DNA of 64,000 bases from an uncultured bacterium (GTDB lineage: Bacteria > Bacteroidota > Bacteroidia > Bacteroidales > CAIWKO01): the NCBI GenBank assembly GCA_903862465.1, contig CAIOYH010000163.1, positions 7,289 through 71,288 of the forward strand, given 5' to 3'. Position numbers and translations under genes: made by a program. The notes below the pieces were generated by a model. It did no database searches. It was not told the DNA's origin and worked only from the letters and a program-made list of their open reading frames with translations. Of this stretch, positions 28,845 through 38,462 are shown in pieces (within the stretch, counting starts at the first letter, position 1; each line of letters starts with the position of its first letter).

Positions 28845-29088
28845 TGGCACCACATGGATTCACAGCTATTCTACAGCCGTGTGTAAACGAGATATGTTCG
28901 GTATCAACTCCGAAACGCATGTCATCGTGCGTGCTCAATTCATCATCAGCTACGATGCGCCTTGGATTGGACAATATCGAACACCGTGAATGTATCCTAT
29001 TGGCGGATTTCGTTCCTATTACATTAGATGTACAAAAACGAATATACGGAACGGCGAAAAACACATCGAAGGTAGCTAAAAGCATGCC

Positions 29089-29352
29089 GGCTACGCCTAG
29101 GACCACAATGGCGACGCCCAGGACCACAATAGCGACGCCCAGGACCACAATGGCGACGCCCAGGACCACAATGGCGACGCCCAGGACCACAATGGCTACG
29201 CCTAGGACCACAATGGCGACGCCTAGGACCACAATGGCGACGCCCAGGACCACAATGGCGACACCCAGGACCACAATGGCGACACCTAGGACCACAATGG
29301 CTACGCCTAGGACCACAATTGTTACGCCTAGGACAACAATTGCTTTAGCTAG
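29089..29352. repeat. 21-bp tandem array #3, 12 near-identical units plus a partial unit (consensus GGCGACGCCCAGGACCACAAT)
   Basis: Unit starts at 29089, 29110, ... 29320, exactly 21 bp apart, with only 1-3 substitutions per unit. The array is visibly more GC-rich than its flanks and sits between convergent genes. Confidence 0.95.
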
Positions 29353-29515
29353 TATGGTTTTGACGACCTCCGATAAAATCTTGTCAACTTTGAATCAATT
29401 GTTTATGCAATTGTGATTTATCACTTTTCTTGTTATAAAGTCGAAGAGAATGAATTGGAATATAATCTGAAAGAACTATATATCTGAAGATTTATTCAAC
29501 TTTCGGTATTCCATA

Positions 29516-31159
29516 TTATGTATCCCATTTACGCATTCTATCATACAAAATAATCCCTTCGTATTTATCAAGCAAGATAGATTCGGAGTGTAAAGTGTCG
29601 CAATGAATTTCGTTGGTAGAATAGATTTTCTTAAACTCGGTAGCTTCGGGCAAATCTATACGGCGTTGTTTGGGTTTGAAATTGATGAGAATTAAATATT
29701 TTTGATTTTCAAATTGACGAAAATATCCCAACACGCCATCCCTTCCTTTGATGAAAGGAATCCAATCTCCCTTATGCAATGCAGGATTTTCATTGCGCAA
29801 AGCGATTAAAAATTTATAATGATTCAAGATGGAATAATGAAGTTCTTCTAAGGTTTTCACGCAGCGGTGTCGCCATTTGGTGTCAATCGGAAGCCAAGGT
29901 TTGACAGTAGAAAATCCACCGAAATCATCATCGTCCCATTGCATAGGCGTGCGGCATTTGTCTCTGCCGCTATAAAGGGGCCAAATCTTTTTGCCCAAAG
30001 GGTCTTTCAGTTCGTTTTTCGGAATCCGCACATTGCCCATGCCAATTTCTTCGCCATAATAAATAAAAGGCGTTCCTTTTACGGTGAATTGAAACAAAGC
30101 GATGAGTTTTGCCACGTCGTGTTTGTTGCGTCGAAACCACAAACGATTGTAGTTGCGCCCCAAATCATGATTGGAAAACACATGAGTAGCCCATTCAATT
30201 TTATCGGCATTGTTGTTCCATTTTTTGAGATATTTGTAGTAAACCCGAGCGTTGAATGGGCGAAACACCAACGAAAAATCGAATGCCAAATGCAAGCGTC
30301 TTTTGTTTTTGTTGATATATTTCATCACTGTTTTAGGCTTTCCGGGCGGCAACACATAAATTTCGCCTATGCTGATGCGGTTGGGATACGTGTCCAAATG
30401 TTTTCTCAAACGTTCCACAACCTTGAAAGCCCCTTTTCGATTTCTGTTATAAATATGCTTTTGAAACCATGGGAGAAAGGCAAACACGGGGTTTGAGCGC
30501 AATTGCTTATCCTTCACTATCATGTTTATCACATCCAAGCGAAAGCCATCCACGCCCTTTTGGAGCCAAAAATCTATAATCGCAAAAAATTCGTCAGCCA
30601 TTTCTTTGCAGCGCCAATTCAAATCGGGTTGTTCTTTCAAAAAAGAGTGCATGTAATAGCTTTGCGTGGTTTCATCAAACTGCCATGCACTGCCGCCGAA
30701 AGCATTTTTCCAATTGTTTACAGGTTTCTTTTTAAGCCCGTCAGACCATAGATACCAATCTCGTTTCGGGTTTTCGCGTGATGATTTCGATTCCAAAAAC
30801 CATGGGTGTTGGTTAGAGGTATGATTCATCACCAAATCCATTATCACGTGAATATCGCGCTGATAACACGCATGCAATAACTGATTGAAATCGTCCATCG
30901 TTCCATAAATAGGATCAATTTCATAATAATCGCTTATGTCATATCCAAAATCTTTTTGCGGCGATTTATAGATGGGCGAAAGCCAAATGGCGTTCACTCC
31001 TAAATCTTTAATGTAATCAAGTTTGCGAATAATGCCCTGCAAATCGCCCAACCCATCGTGATTCGAATCATAAAAACTCATGGGGTAAATGTGGTAAACA
31101 ACCCCGTGTTTCCACCACACATGCTCCGAATCTTCCGCTTTAGTCGGGGAAATGAACAT
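29516..31159 (-). CDS. GH13 alpha-glucosidase / oligo-1,6-glucosidase-like glycoside hydrolase
   Basis: WWKHGVVYHIYPMSFYDSNHDGLGDLQGI..LDYIKDLGVNAIWLSPIYKSPQKDFGYDISDY, DLVMNHTS, GFRLDV and GEIY are GH13 conserved regions. The start overlaps the upstream gene by 20 nt. Confidence 0.9.
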   Translation of the reverse strand: MFISPTKAEDSEHVWWKHGVVYHIYPMSFYDSNHDGLGDLQGIIRKLDYIKDLGVNAIWLSPIYKSPQKDFGYDISDYYEIDPIYGTMDDFNQLLHACYQRDIHVIMDLVMNHTSNQHPWFLESKSSRENPKRDWYLWSDGLKKKPVNNWKNAFGGSAWQFDETTQSYYMHSFLKEQPDLNWRCKEMADEFFAIIDFWLQKGVDGFRLDVINMIVKDKQLRSNPVFAFLPWFQKHIYNRNRKGAFKVVERLRKHLDTYPNRISIGEIYVLPPGKPKTVMKYINKNKRRLHLAFDFSLVFRPFNARVYYKYLKKWNNNADKIEWATHVFSNHDLGRNYNRLWFRRNKHDVAKLIALFQFTVKGTPFIYYGEEIGMGNVRIPKNELKDPLGKKIWPLYSGRDKCRTPMQWDDDDFGGFSTVKPWLPIDTKWRHRCVKTLEELHYSILNHYKFLIALRNENPALHKGDWIPFIKGRDGVLGYFRQFENQKYLILINFKPKQRRIDLPEATEFKKIYSTNEIHCDTLHSESILLDKYEGIILYDRMRKWDT

Positions 31160-33803
31160 CGTTCATCAGTTTGTGTAAAATCCTATCGGAAGTATAATCT
31201 TTAGCTCTCAGTAGCGCCTTTTCTTTAAACTCAGCTCTATGATTCTCATCGCTGAAAAAGAAGGTAACGCGGTCAATCATTTCCTTTAGGTTGTTGACTA
31301 AAAATCCCGTTTCATTGTCCAATATAATATCTTTCGGACCTTTCGTTTTGTAAGAAACCACAGGCAGCCCACAGCTCAATGCTTCCAACACCACACAACT
31401 GAAGGTGTCGAACTTAGAAGGCAACAACAACAAATCGGCTGAGGAATATATCTCGGGCAATTGTTCATGATTCACCCATCCCATGAAAACAGCATCAGGC
31501 AAAGCTTCTTTCAACTCCGCTTCAGCAGGACCGGTTCCTGCTATCACCACCTTAATGTCTTTGAACTTATCTTTGATGGAACGATACACATCCACCAATT
31601 CAAAAACGCCTTTTTCATTGCTGATGCGTCCGGCAAAAAGCAAGACAGGTTCATTGTTTTTTAGACCGAAAAGTTCTTCTTTTTTACTTACAGAGGGAAC
31701 AAAAAAGTTGTCAACCCAATGTGCGGTCAAATGCACTTTTTCAGGAGCAATTTCCATGTTTCTTCCTGTCAGCCATTTTTCTTGGTCGGTGTTCAACACA
31801 AAAACTTGGTCGTAAGCGCGATAATAAGCGCGTAACATTCTGCGGAAACGGTCCAAGTTCGACCGTTCTAAGTTCAGCACTTTTCTGCCAAACATTATCC
31901 AATCCGTATGAATAAAGAAATTTGTTTCCACCGTAAAAGCATGCTTCAAATACAATGCCGCCAAACCCATTGCTCCTTCCGTAGAACACATCACGCGGTC
32001 ATATTCATTCCGTTGAAATATTTGATGAATCTCTAAAAAATTTGGGATATTAAAATTCTGATTCACATACATAGGCAGTGTGAACTCCAACAAAGGCTTC
32101 ACCACAATCAAATGGTCGTCCGCTTGAATCGTATTGCTGCAAACGATAATATCTATAGGTAGATTTCTGCTTTTGATTTCTCTATGTAATGTTTGCAAAA
32201 ACATCGAAACCCCATTCTTGTCGTCGTAGGTATCCGTGAGCCATAACATTCTCTTAGGATGTTTGAACTTGTCAAGCTTCTCAGCAAACTGATTCAGCAA
32301 AACACGATTGTTATACAACACTTTTGCGCTTGTGTAATGTGCTGCCAAAATCAAACCGGAAGCCAAAAACGGAAACGACAATCCATCTAAAAAACCTTGT
32401 ATGTCGAGTTGCTTCTTTTTTCCTTTCTTTTTATCGTTTTTGCCCAACAACACTCTTAAGTCACTTGGTATTTCTAATTTCTGTAGGATGGTATTAAAAT
32501 CAATACTTTTAAATTCGTCCGTATCCGTCAAATCTTTTAGTTTCTTATCCAAACGACCATAGAGTAATTCCACAAGATTGGTATGAATAGCATTGATGGC
32601 ATTCTGATATGATTGTATATTTTCACCTTTTCTATCATGATGAGCACTTGCAATTTTGATAGCTTCATCAAAAACGGGTTTATAGCCTTTCGAAATAAAC
32701 AAACGTTTCATTTTGTTGGGTTGTTTGCCCAAAATACTTTTGTGAAACAGTTCGATAAACTTCATCGTAACTTTATGATGTTGCAATTCCGAAAAAGCAT
32801 TAGAGATGATGAAAGCTAAAAACTTATCGGTGTTTGTCCCTTTGTGCAGCAATATTCGCAGCAGACCTGAATCCTTTTTGTTTAAACCAATTTGGCATAC
32901 ATAATCCAACAGCGCAATCGTAAGCTTCTCCGAATTGTTGTGCGAACCATAAGGCACCATTTTTCCTGCCCTGAGTGCCTCTAAAGCTAACTCCGATGGC
33001 GTATTATGTTTCAAGCGTTCGCTTAAATTTGGGATATGTAAATACGTTCCTGTTTGTCCGGCAAACAAACCAATATGACTATCGGATCCTCCCGACATAG
33101 ATTTCTGATAGGGATTGTTACTATATTTTAGTACATCCACTTTATGCTTTAAAGCGTATTCCACTATCACTTTTGGCGTCAAATGCTCAATCCATTCTTT
33201 CGTGAGCATGTTTTGCCAAGAATCACGTTGACCATTAAATATCTCAAAGCGGTCGAAAACTACCGATAATTTCTCAAAAAACTCAATCGGTGGGATACTT
33301 GACGAATAATAGTAGAGCGGATGTGCCCATATAGTTGGGATATCATTCTGAAAAGCGTATTCCAAAAACTGATACAGATTTCGTCTTATTTTATTTAAAA
33401 CCTTTTCTTGTTCTTGATTAAAACCAAAAGTCAATACATGAATTCCAATATTGAAGTCGGGCACCGTACAAGTGAACTCAGCCCCCACCAAAACATCTAT
33501 TCCTTTTTCTTGCAACGAAAAACAGGAACGGGCATTGTTGTGATTGGTGATGGTGATTGCATCCGCGTTGTTTTCTTTCAACATACGGATTAAATCTTCT
33601 GTTTCCAACCACGTTTCAGGGACTTTTAATATTCTCCCCAAAATTTCATCGGGCACATCGCTATTCAAATCATGGCAATGTAAATCTATTTTTAATAAAT
33701 CTTTTGTGGGATATCTTTTGTCTTGCACGGTTTGAAACTCCGCTAACGATTGAATGATCTGCGATTGCAGATTGATAGTGCTTATGGGTAGTGATTTTTT
33801 CAT
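31140..33803 (-). CDS. Fusion protein: N-terminal PHP phosphoesterase domain, central unknown region, C-terminal GT4 (GT-B) glycosyltransferase
   Basis: PHP motifs are DLHCHD, ITNHNN, GAEF, IHVL, WAHP and GGSDSH. The GT4 region reads LLFAGRISNEKGV..VIAGTGP....LLLLPSKFDTFSCVVLEALSCGLPVV..K.GP.DII. Confidence 0.8.
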   Translation of the reverse strand: MKKSLPISTINLQSQIIQSLAEFQTVQDKRYPTKDLLKIDLHCHDLNSDVPDEILGRILKVPETWLETEDLIRMLKENNADAITITNHNNARSCFSLQEKGIDVLVGAEFTCTVPDFNIGIHVLTFGFNQEQEKVLNKIRRNLYQFLEYAFQNDIPTIWAHPLYYYSSSIPPIEFFEKLSVVFDRFEIFNGQRDSWQNMLTKEWIEHLTPKVIVEYALKHKVDVLKYSNNPYQKSMSGGSDSHIGLFAGQTGTYLHIPNLSERLKHNTPSELALEALRAGKMVPYGSHNNSEKLTIALLDYVCQIGLNKKDSGLLRILLHKGTNTDKFLAFIISNAFSELQHHKVTMKFIELFHKSILGKQPNKMKRLFISKGYKPVFDEAIKIASAHHDRKGENIQSYQNAINAIHTNLVELLYGRLDKKLKDLTDTDEFKSIDFNTILQKLEIPSDLRVLLGKNDKKKGKKKQLDIQGFLDGLSFPFLASGLILAAHYTSAKVLYNNRVLLNQFAEKLDKFKHPKRMLWLTDTYDDKNGVSMFLQTLHREIKSRNLPIDIIVCSNTIQADDHLIVVKPLLEFTLPMYVNQNFNIPNFLEIHQIFQRNEYDRVMCSTEGAMGLAALYLKHAFTVETNFFIHTDWIMFGRKVLNLERSNLDRFRRMLRAYYRAYDQVFVLNTDQEKWLTGRNMEIAPEKVHLTAHWVDNFFVPSVSKKEELFGLKNNEPVLLFAGRISNEKGVFELVDVYRSIKDKFKDIKVVIAGTGPAEAELKEALPDAVFMGWVNHEQLPEIYSSADLLLLPSKFDTFSCVVLEALSCGLPVVSYKTKGPKDIILDNETGFLVNNLKEMIDRVTFFFSDENHRAEFKEKALLRAKDYTSDRILHKLMNDVHFPD

Positions 33804-34023
33804 GGTATTGGATTTGCATCAATTACATCGTTTTGAATGTTCAAAATTTGTAATTGAAATTTGAGAGCAAATGTAAATGAATTCTTTGGAATCAAACAAA
33901 TATTTCTCGCCTTTTTTCATCTAAATGCTATAAACGGAAAAGGGGTTAGTATTTTTGGGGTAAACAGCATTTCTCGTTACTGAAAAAAACGCGAATAAGC
34001 ATTTCAGTTCCTTTTGTAAATAC

Positions 34024-34455
34024 TTAGTTGTTATCAAGTTCTTGTATGAAATTTTGAACGGATTGTTTTATTTGGTCACGAACAACAATGGTCTGTGCTA
34101 TTTTCTCCTGATGTGTTCCTTCAAATTTCGATGGGTCATCAAACGACCAATTTATTATTTTAACCATGCCGGGGAATATCGGACAACTTTCTGCTGTCTT
34201 GGCATCGCAAACGGTGATAACATATTCAAATATTCTTCCTTGTTTGAAAAAATCAAACACATCGTTTACTTGGTTTGATGAAATGTCAATGCCTTCTTGC
34301 AACATGACTTCAACAACAATTGGGTTTAAGTTTCCTGGTTCCAAACCGGCACTCTCCACTTCAAACTGTCCATTGCCATACTCTTTTAAAAAGGCTTCTG
34401 CCATTTGACTTCGTGCCGAATTGTGAACACATAGAAATAATACTTTTGTTTTCAT
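34024..34455 (-). CDS. arsC: Arsenate reductase, LMW-PTP (thioredoxin-coupled) type
   Basis: MKTKVLFLCVHNSARSQMAEAF (CX5R P-loop), plus the downstream Cys pair VCDAKTAESCP and a DP motif. Confidence 0.85.
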   Translation of the reverse strand: MKTKVLFLCVHNSARSQMAEAFLKEYGNGQFEVESAGLEPGNLNPIVVEVMLQEGIDISSNQVNDVFDFFKQGRIFEYVITVCDAKTAESCPIFPGMVKIINWSFDDPSKFEGTHQEKIAQTIVVRDQIKQSVQNFIQELDNN

Positions 34456-34570
34456 ATACTTTTATTTTGATTAATTAATAAAACTGTTTTGATGGAATTG
34501 AGTTATATATGCCTTAATTGAATCTTGGAAATGTTTTATGGCAGACTCATTTTTGCAAACATTAAGGTTC

Positions 34571-34780
34571 TTAATCATTAGAAACCCCCAACAAATCCAA
34601 CATAGTTTCCATAAAATCTGTTTTTGCTATTTCTGCTTTTTCGATACCTTTTTTATAAACCTCACAGGCTTTTTGATATTGACCGGAACTTTGAAACATT
34701 TTGCCAATCTCCAATAAATTATTGAAATAGCTTTCTTGCAACGAAAGCGCTTTTTCTTTTTCTGATAAAATAATATTCAT
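34571..34780 (-). CDS. Small helical protein (69 aa), tandem paralog of 34857..35054
   Basis: LSLQESYFNNLLEIGKMFQSSGQYQKACEVYKKGIEKAE aligns with LTVQESYLENLIKLGLLFENSGQHQKAFDVYKKGLENAE in the neighbour. It looks like a single TPR-like helix hairpin. Confidence 0.55.
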   Translation of the reverse strand: MNIILSEKEKALSLQESYFNNLLEIGKMFQSSGQYQKACEVYKKGIEKAEIAKTDFMETMLDLLGVSND

Positions 34781-34856
34781 AAGTGTTTAATTGTAAAATA
34801 ATTGAAGTATGTATTAAAGAAACAGAAACGGTATTAATCATAGCAAGCTTGAAGCA

Positions 34857-35054
34857 TTAGTCCAACAGACCAAGCATGGTACCTTGTATAGTATTTACAG
34901 CTTTTTCTGCATTTTCAAGTCCTTTTTTATAAACATCAAAAGCTTTTTGATGTTGGCCTGAATTTTCGAATAACAAGCCTAACTTAATTAAATTTTCGAG
35001 ATAACTTTCTTGAACAGTAAGCAGATTTTCAAGCTCAACAAAACCATTTTCCAT
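34857..35054 (-). CDS. Small helical protein (65 aa), tandem paralog of 34571..34780
   Basis: Conserved at the protein level with its neighbour while the DNA has diverged, which argues that it really is coding. Confidence 0.55.
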   Translation of the reverse strand: MENGFVELENLLTVQESYLENLIKLGLLFENSGQHQKAFDVYKKGLENAEKAVNTIQGTMLGLLD

Positions 35055-35495
35055 AAAGAATATATATTATAAATTATGGTTGCAAAAGTAATAGCGCAAT
35101 ATTACTTACATATTAAGGGAATATTATTTCTGTATTAAGAAATGAAAGATAAATAAGACTTGTCAAAAACAATCCCTCTAAATTAGTTCAAACTACAAAA
35201 AGATAAAAATGATTTACAAAAGCCATGAAAATACAATTACCTCGTTATATCCTTTAGGCTATAAATCTTTTTCAAATCATTAGTAAACTGGTTCGACTTA
35301 ATACTTTCAAGGGCTACCTTATAGGAGATTCAGATTTTGCTTGATTGTTGAATTGTTTTCCTACTGTATTCGAATACGTATATTATGTTTACAGACATAA
35401 AAAAGCCAATGTCACAATATAATTATATCTAAATATCTATATAACAAATATATATAATTGTATTGCAACTATTCATGACACTATTTCAACTTAAA

Positions 35496-35767
35496 ATAAT
35501 GCTATATTTGGTAGAGATACCACTATGATTGGTTGAAATAGTGCTATATTAGGTAGGAATAGTGCTATATTTGGTGGGAATAGTGCTATGGCGGCTAGAG
35601 ATAGTGCTATGGCGGCTAGAGATAGTGCTATGACGACTAGAGATAGTGCTATGACGACCAGAGATATCGCTATGCCGGTTAGATATACTGCTATGGAGAG
35701 AAAAATAGTACTATATTTGGTAGAAATAGTGCTATGGCAACTTGAGATAGTGCAATGCCGTGCCGAA
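35496..35767. repeat. 21-bp tandem array #4, 13 units (consensus ATAGTGCTATGGCGGCTAGAG)
   Basis: Unit starts at 35496, 35517, ... 35685, then 35705 (one 20-bp unit), 35726 and 35747. The central units are near-identical and the outer ones degenerate. Confidence 0.95.
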
Positions 35768-35867
35768 ATTTTTAATTCATAGATATGAAATCTAAAAAAT
35801 TTCAACGTGTCATAATTAAATTTACATTATATTTTTTCAAAAATAATTTTCACATGAAAATATTTTG

Positions 35868-35875
35868 TACTTTTG
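35868..35875 (+). promoter_or_regulatory. Candidate -7 promoter box (TAnnTTTG) within the 13-mer gtacttttgttgc
   Basis: tacttttg lies 24 bp upstream of ATG 35899. The 13-mer is identical to 13751-13763. Confidence 0.45.
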
Positions 35876-35898
35876 TTGCAACCAAAAAAAATAATAAT

Positions 35899-36762
35899 AT
35901 GAAAAAAATTCTACTTCTATTATGCTTAGTAATGGCTATAAACATTACTGTTTCAGCCCAAGACTCAATAGTAACCTATAGGTTCAAAGTCAATAAAGAT
36001 AGTTCGCAAACTTGGGGAAATGCTTACAATGTTGACAATATTGTGTTGAGAGATGCAACTTATCATCCTCTTTATGCTTACACATCAGGTGTTGATGGCA
36101 ACTCTCCCTTAGATTATTGCCTTTCTTCCACAGTTTGGACACTTGGACTTGATTCACTAAAAAACTATTACACATCATTTGCAACTACTGCTTATACCAA
36201 TATACTTGTATCGAGCCGGCAGAAATCATCCACAACAGGACCTCGCGATTTTAAGTTGCAATACAAAGTTGGTGCGCCGGGGACATGGGCAGATGTAACT
36301 GGCGGAACAGTTGTTTGTGCCAACGATGCTTGGATTTCGGGAACATTAACCGACATCGCGCTTCCTTTGGATTGCGATAATCAACCTTCGGTCTATTTAC
36401 GTTGGGTGGTAAATACTAACACCTCAGTTGGTTTAGCGACAATTGCTGCTGCTGGCACATCTAGAATTGATAATATTGTTATTAAAGGAACTGCGATGGG
36501 TGTTGGCATCAAAACCAATGATTTGAACCAAAACATTAGTATTTATCCCAATCCATCGAATGGGAATTTCACTATTACGAATGCTTCAGAGAAATCTGTT
36601 TCTATCGAGATTATGGATTTAGTGGGTAAATTGGTATTTCAATCTCAATCGGCTGAAAGATATGTCAAACTTGATTTGGCAGATGTCAATAAAGGCGTTT
36701 ATTTCGTCAGAATCACCGACCAATCGGGCAACAAAGTCGTGAAGAAACTTGTCATAAAATAA
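35899..36762 (+). CDS. Secreted protein of unknown function with a T9SS type-A sorting domain
   Basis: ATG 35899 gives the signal peptide MKKILLLLCLVMAINITVSAQ; the track ORF starts earlier, inside the repeat array. The C-terminus reads ISIYPNPSNGNFTI...GVYFVRITDQSGNKVVKKLVIK. Confidence 0.85.
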   Translation: MKKILLLLCLVMAINITVSAQDSIVTYRFKVNKDSSQTWGNAYNVDNIVLRDATYHPLYAYTSGVDGNSPLDYCLSSTVWTLGLDSLKNYYTSFATTAYTNILVSSRQKSSTTGPRDFKLQYKVGAPGTWADVTGGTVVCANDAWISGTLTDIALPLDCDNQPSVYLRWVVNTNTSVGLATIAAAGTSRIDNIVIKGTAMGVGIKTNDLNQNISIYPNPSNGNFTITNASEKSVSIEIMDLVGKLVFQSQSAERYVKLDLADVNKGVYFVRITDQSGNKVVKKLVIK

Positions 36763-36783
36763 GACGTTTATAAAAGCGTTTAA

Positions 36784-36818
36784 AAGGATGTTTACTCAAA
36801 TAAACATCCTTTTTTTTT
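36784..36818 (+). terminator. Rho-independent terminator
   Basis: Perfect 11-bp stem aaggatgttta / taaacatcctt with a 6-nt loop, followed by a T-run. Confidence 0.85.
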
Positions 36819-36823
36819 AATTT

Positions 36824-38461
36824 ATGCTGATGTTCCGAAAGATTTTTATCGTTGCGCTTTTGTTCCTTCAAAGTATTGCGCTTGTGTATTCTCAGGATAA
36901 TAAGCCCATGCGGATAGAATTGGAGGCAATTTCCAACACCGAGAACTATCATATCATTCCTTTTGGCAGAAAAGGTGTTTTGTTGTTCTATCAAACGCAG
37001 GCATCCTTCACCGACCAAAACACCACTTGGTATTTCTCTTTATATGATGTGAACTTTAAAGAAATTTGGACCAAACAGTTTTCCGAGTCTCGATTTATGA
37101 AGTTGCGCCTTTTTGATAAAGACGAAACCAATCTGTATCTGTTTCTACAAAAAGCAGTCAATAAAAATCAGAAGGATGACTTTTCTATTGTAACTATAAA
37201 CATACAGTCAGGCAGCATCAAAAGCACCAAAGGAATCAACCCCGATCATTCGGATGTCAATTCCTTAGTAGTCTATCATAATATGGCATATTGTTCGGGC
37301 GTCACTGTTCCGTCAAAGGGAGCAGAAATCGGGCAGATATTCTTTTCATTAACCTTGGTGCCTTTGTTTTCGGGAATTACCTTGTTGAAATATCACCCTT
37401 CCTTTTTTACGGTAAACTTGAATGGTGGTGAAATCAAGAGCATCTCCGAAAAGTTGAAAGGGCAAGCCTGGGTTGAGAGCATGGAATCCGATTCCATAAA
37501 AAATGCCATTCTCTTGACCATTAAAAATCATGTAGCTTCTCGCCAAAACTTAATGTATTTGAATCAATACGACCTTAGCGGTAGAAAGATGAGTTCCATA
37601 GAGCTGAATACGCAGGATAGCAAGCGCAAACTGAATACCGCGAAATTGTTAAGCGTGAATGATAGCACCAAACTCGTGCTTGGCACTTATAACAATAAAG
37701 TGAAAGGTTATGGTGCTAATGCCGCCAACAATGCTTTCATGGAGAGTTCTTCGGGCATTTTCTTTACCAAAGTAGTCAGTGGAGAACAAACGAACATAGC
37801 CTTTTATAATTTCTTCAATCTGAAAAGCTTCTATGCCACCTTGACGGATAGAAAAGCATTTCGGGTGAAGAAAATGGAAGTCCGTAAGAAATCCAAAGGC
37901 AAAGAAATTTCTCTCAACTATTCTTTGCTGTTGCACGATATTATTGTCAAAGATAATCAATTCATCTTTATTGCGGAAGCTTATTTTTCCGAATATCATA
38001 ACGTGTCTTACACTACATACGATGCCTACGGCAGACCTACCACATCTTCCTACTCCGTTTTTGATGGATATAGATACACCAATGCCCTCATTGCATGTTT
38101 TGATAGCGAAGGGAAATTGTTATGGGATAATTCTGTGGAGATATCCAATATCTTGTCGAAGAAGCTTGACAATAGGGTGGAGACTTTGTTTGATGGTGAT
38201 GATATTATTCTCACCTATAGCAGTGATGGCGAGATTGCCTCCAAGGTGATTCGCGGCAATGAAGTTATTGAGAACACTAACGTAACTCCAATTCAAACCA
38301 ACTTCACGAACGATAAAGTGCTGTCCGATTATAACAGCGACATGGAATATTGGTATGATAATTATTTTATTTCTTATGGATATCAGAGGATAAAAAACAC
38401 GAGTGTGGATAACAAATCGAAGCGAACGGTTTTTTATTTCAACAAAATAGTTTTTAACTAA
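36824..38461 (+). CDS. Hypothetical exported protein, unknown function
   Basis: N-terminal signal MLMFRKIFIVALLFLQSIALVYSQ. A 545-aa beta-rich sequence with no motif I recognise. Confidence 0.7.
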   Translation: MLMFRKIFIVALLFLQSIALVYSQDNKPMRIELEAISNTENYHIIPFGRKGVLLFYQTQASFTDQNTTWYFSLYDVNFKEIWTKQFSESRFMKLRLFDKDETNLYLFLQKAVNKNQKDDFSIVTINIQSGSIKSTKGINPDHSDVNSLVVYHNMAYCSGVTVPSKGAEIGQIFFSLTLVPLFSGITLLKYHPSFFTVNLNGGEIKSISEKLKGQAWVESMESDSIKNAILLTIKNHVASRQNLMYLNQYDLSGRKMSSIELNTQDSKRKLNTAKLLSVNDSTKLVLGTYNNKVKGYGANAANNAFMESSSGIFFTKVVSGEQTNIAFYNFFNLKSFYATLTDRKAFRVKKMEVRKKSKGKEISLNYSLLLHDIIVKDNQFIFIAEAYFSEYHNVSYTTYDAYGRPTTSSYSVFDGYRYTNALIACFDSEGKLLWDNSVEISNILSKKLDNRVETLFDGDDIILTYSSDGEIASKVIRGNEVIENTNVTPIQTNFTNDKVLSDYNSDMEYWYDNYFISYGYQRIKNTSVDNKSKRTVFYFNKIVFN

Positions 38462-38462
38462 T

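Noticed and set aside
29089-29352. The tandem arrays (this one and those at 748, 11487, 35496 and 50523) might be CRISPR arrays.
   Set aside because: The units are directly contiguous with no unique spacers. At 21 bp they are shorter than CRISPR repeats, and no cas genes are present in the window.
28813-29416. Long ORFs across the arrays could encode heptad-repeat proteins. Examples are 28844..29416 plus with (ATPRTTM)n, 28813..29316 minus with (VLGVAIV)n, and also 710..982, 11618..11848, 35491..35805 and 50479..50685.
   Set aside because: Openness in several frames and on both strands follows trivially from a stop-free 21-bp unit. The ORFs have no credible N-termini, overlap each other or real gene ends, and each array would give an unrelated peptide. 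This is not formally excluded without proteomic or ribosome-profiling data.
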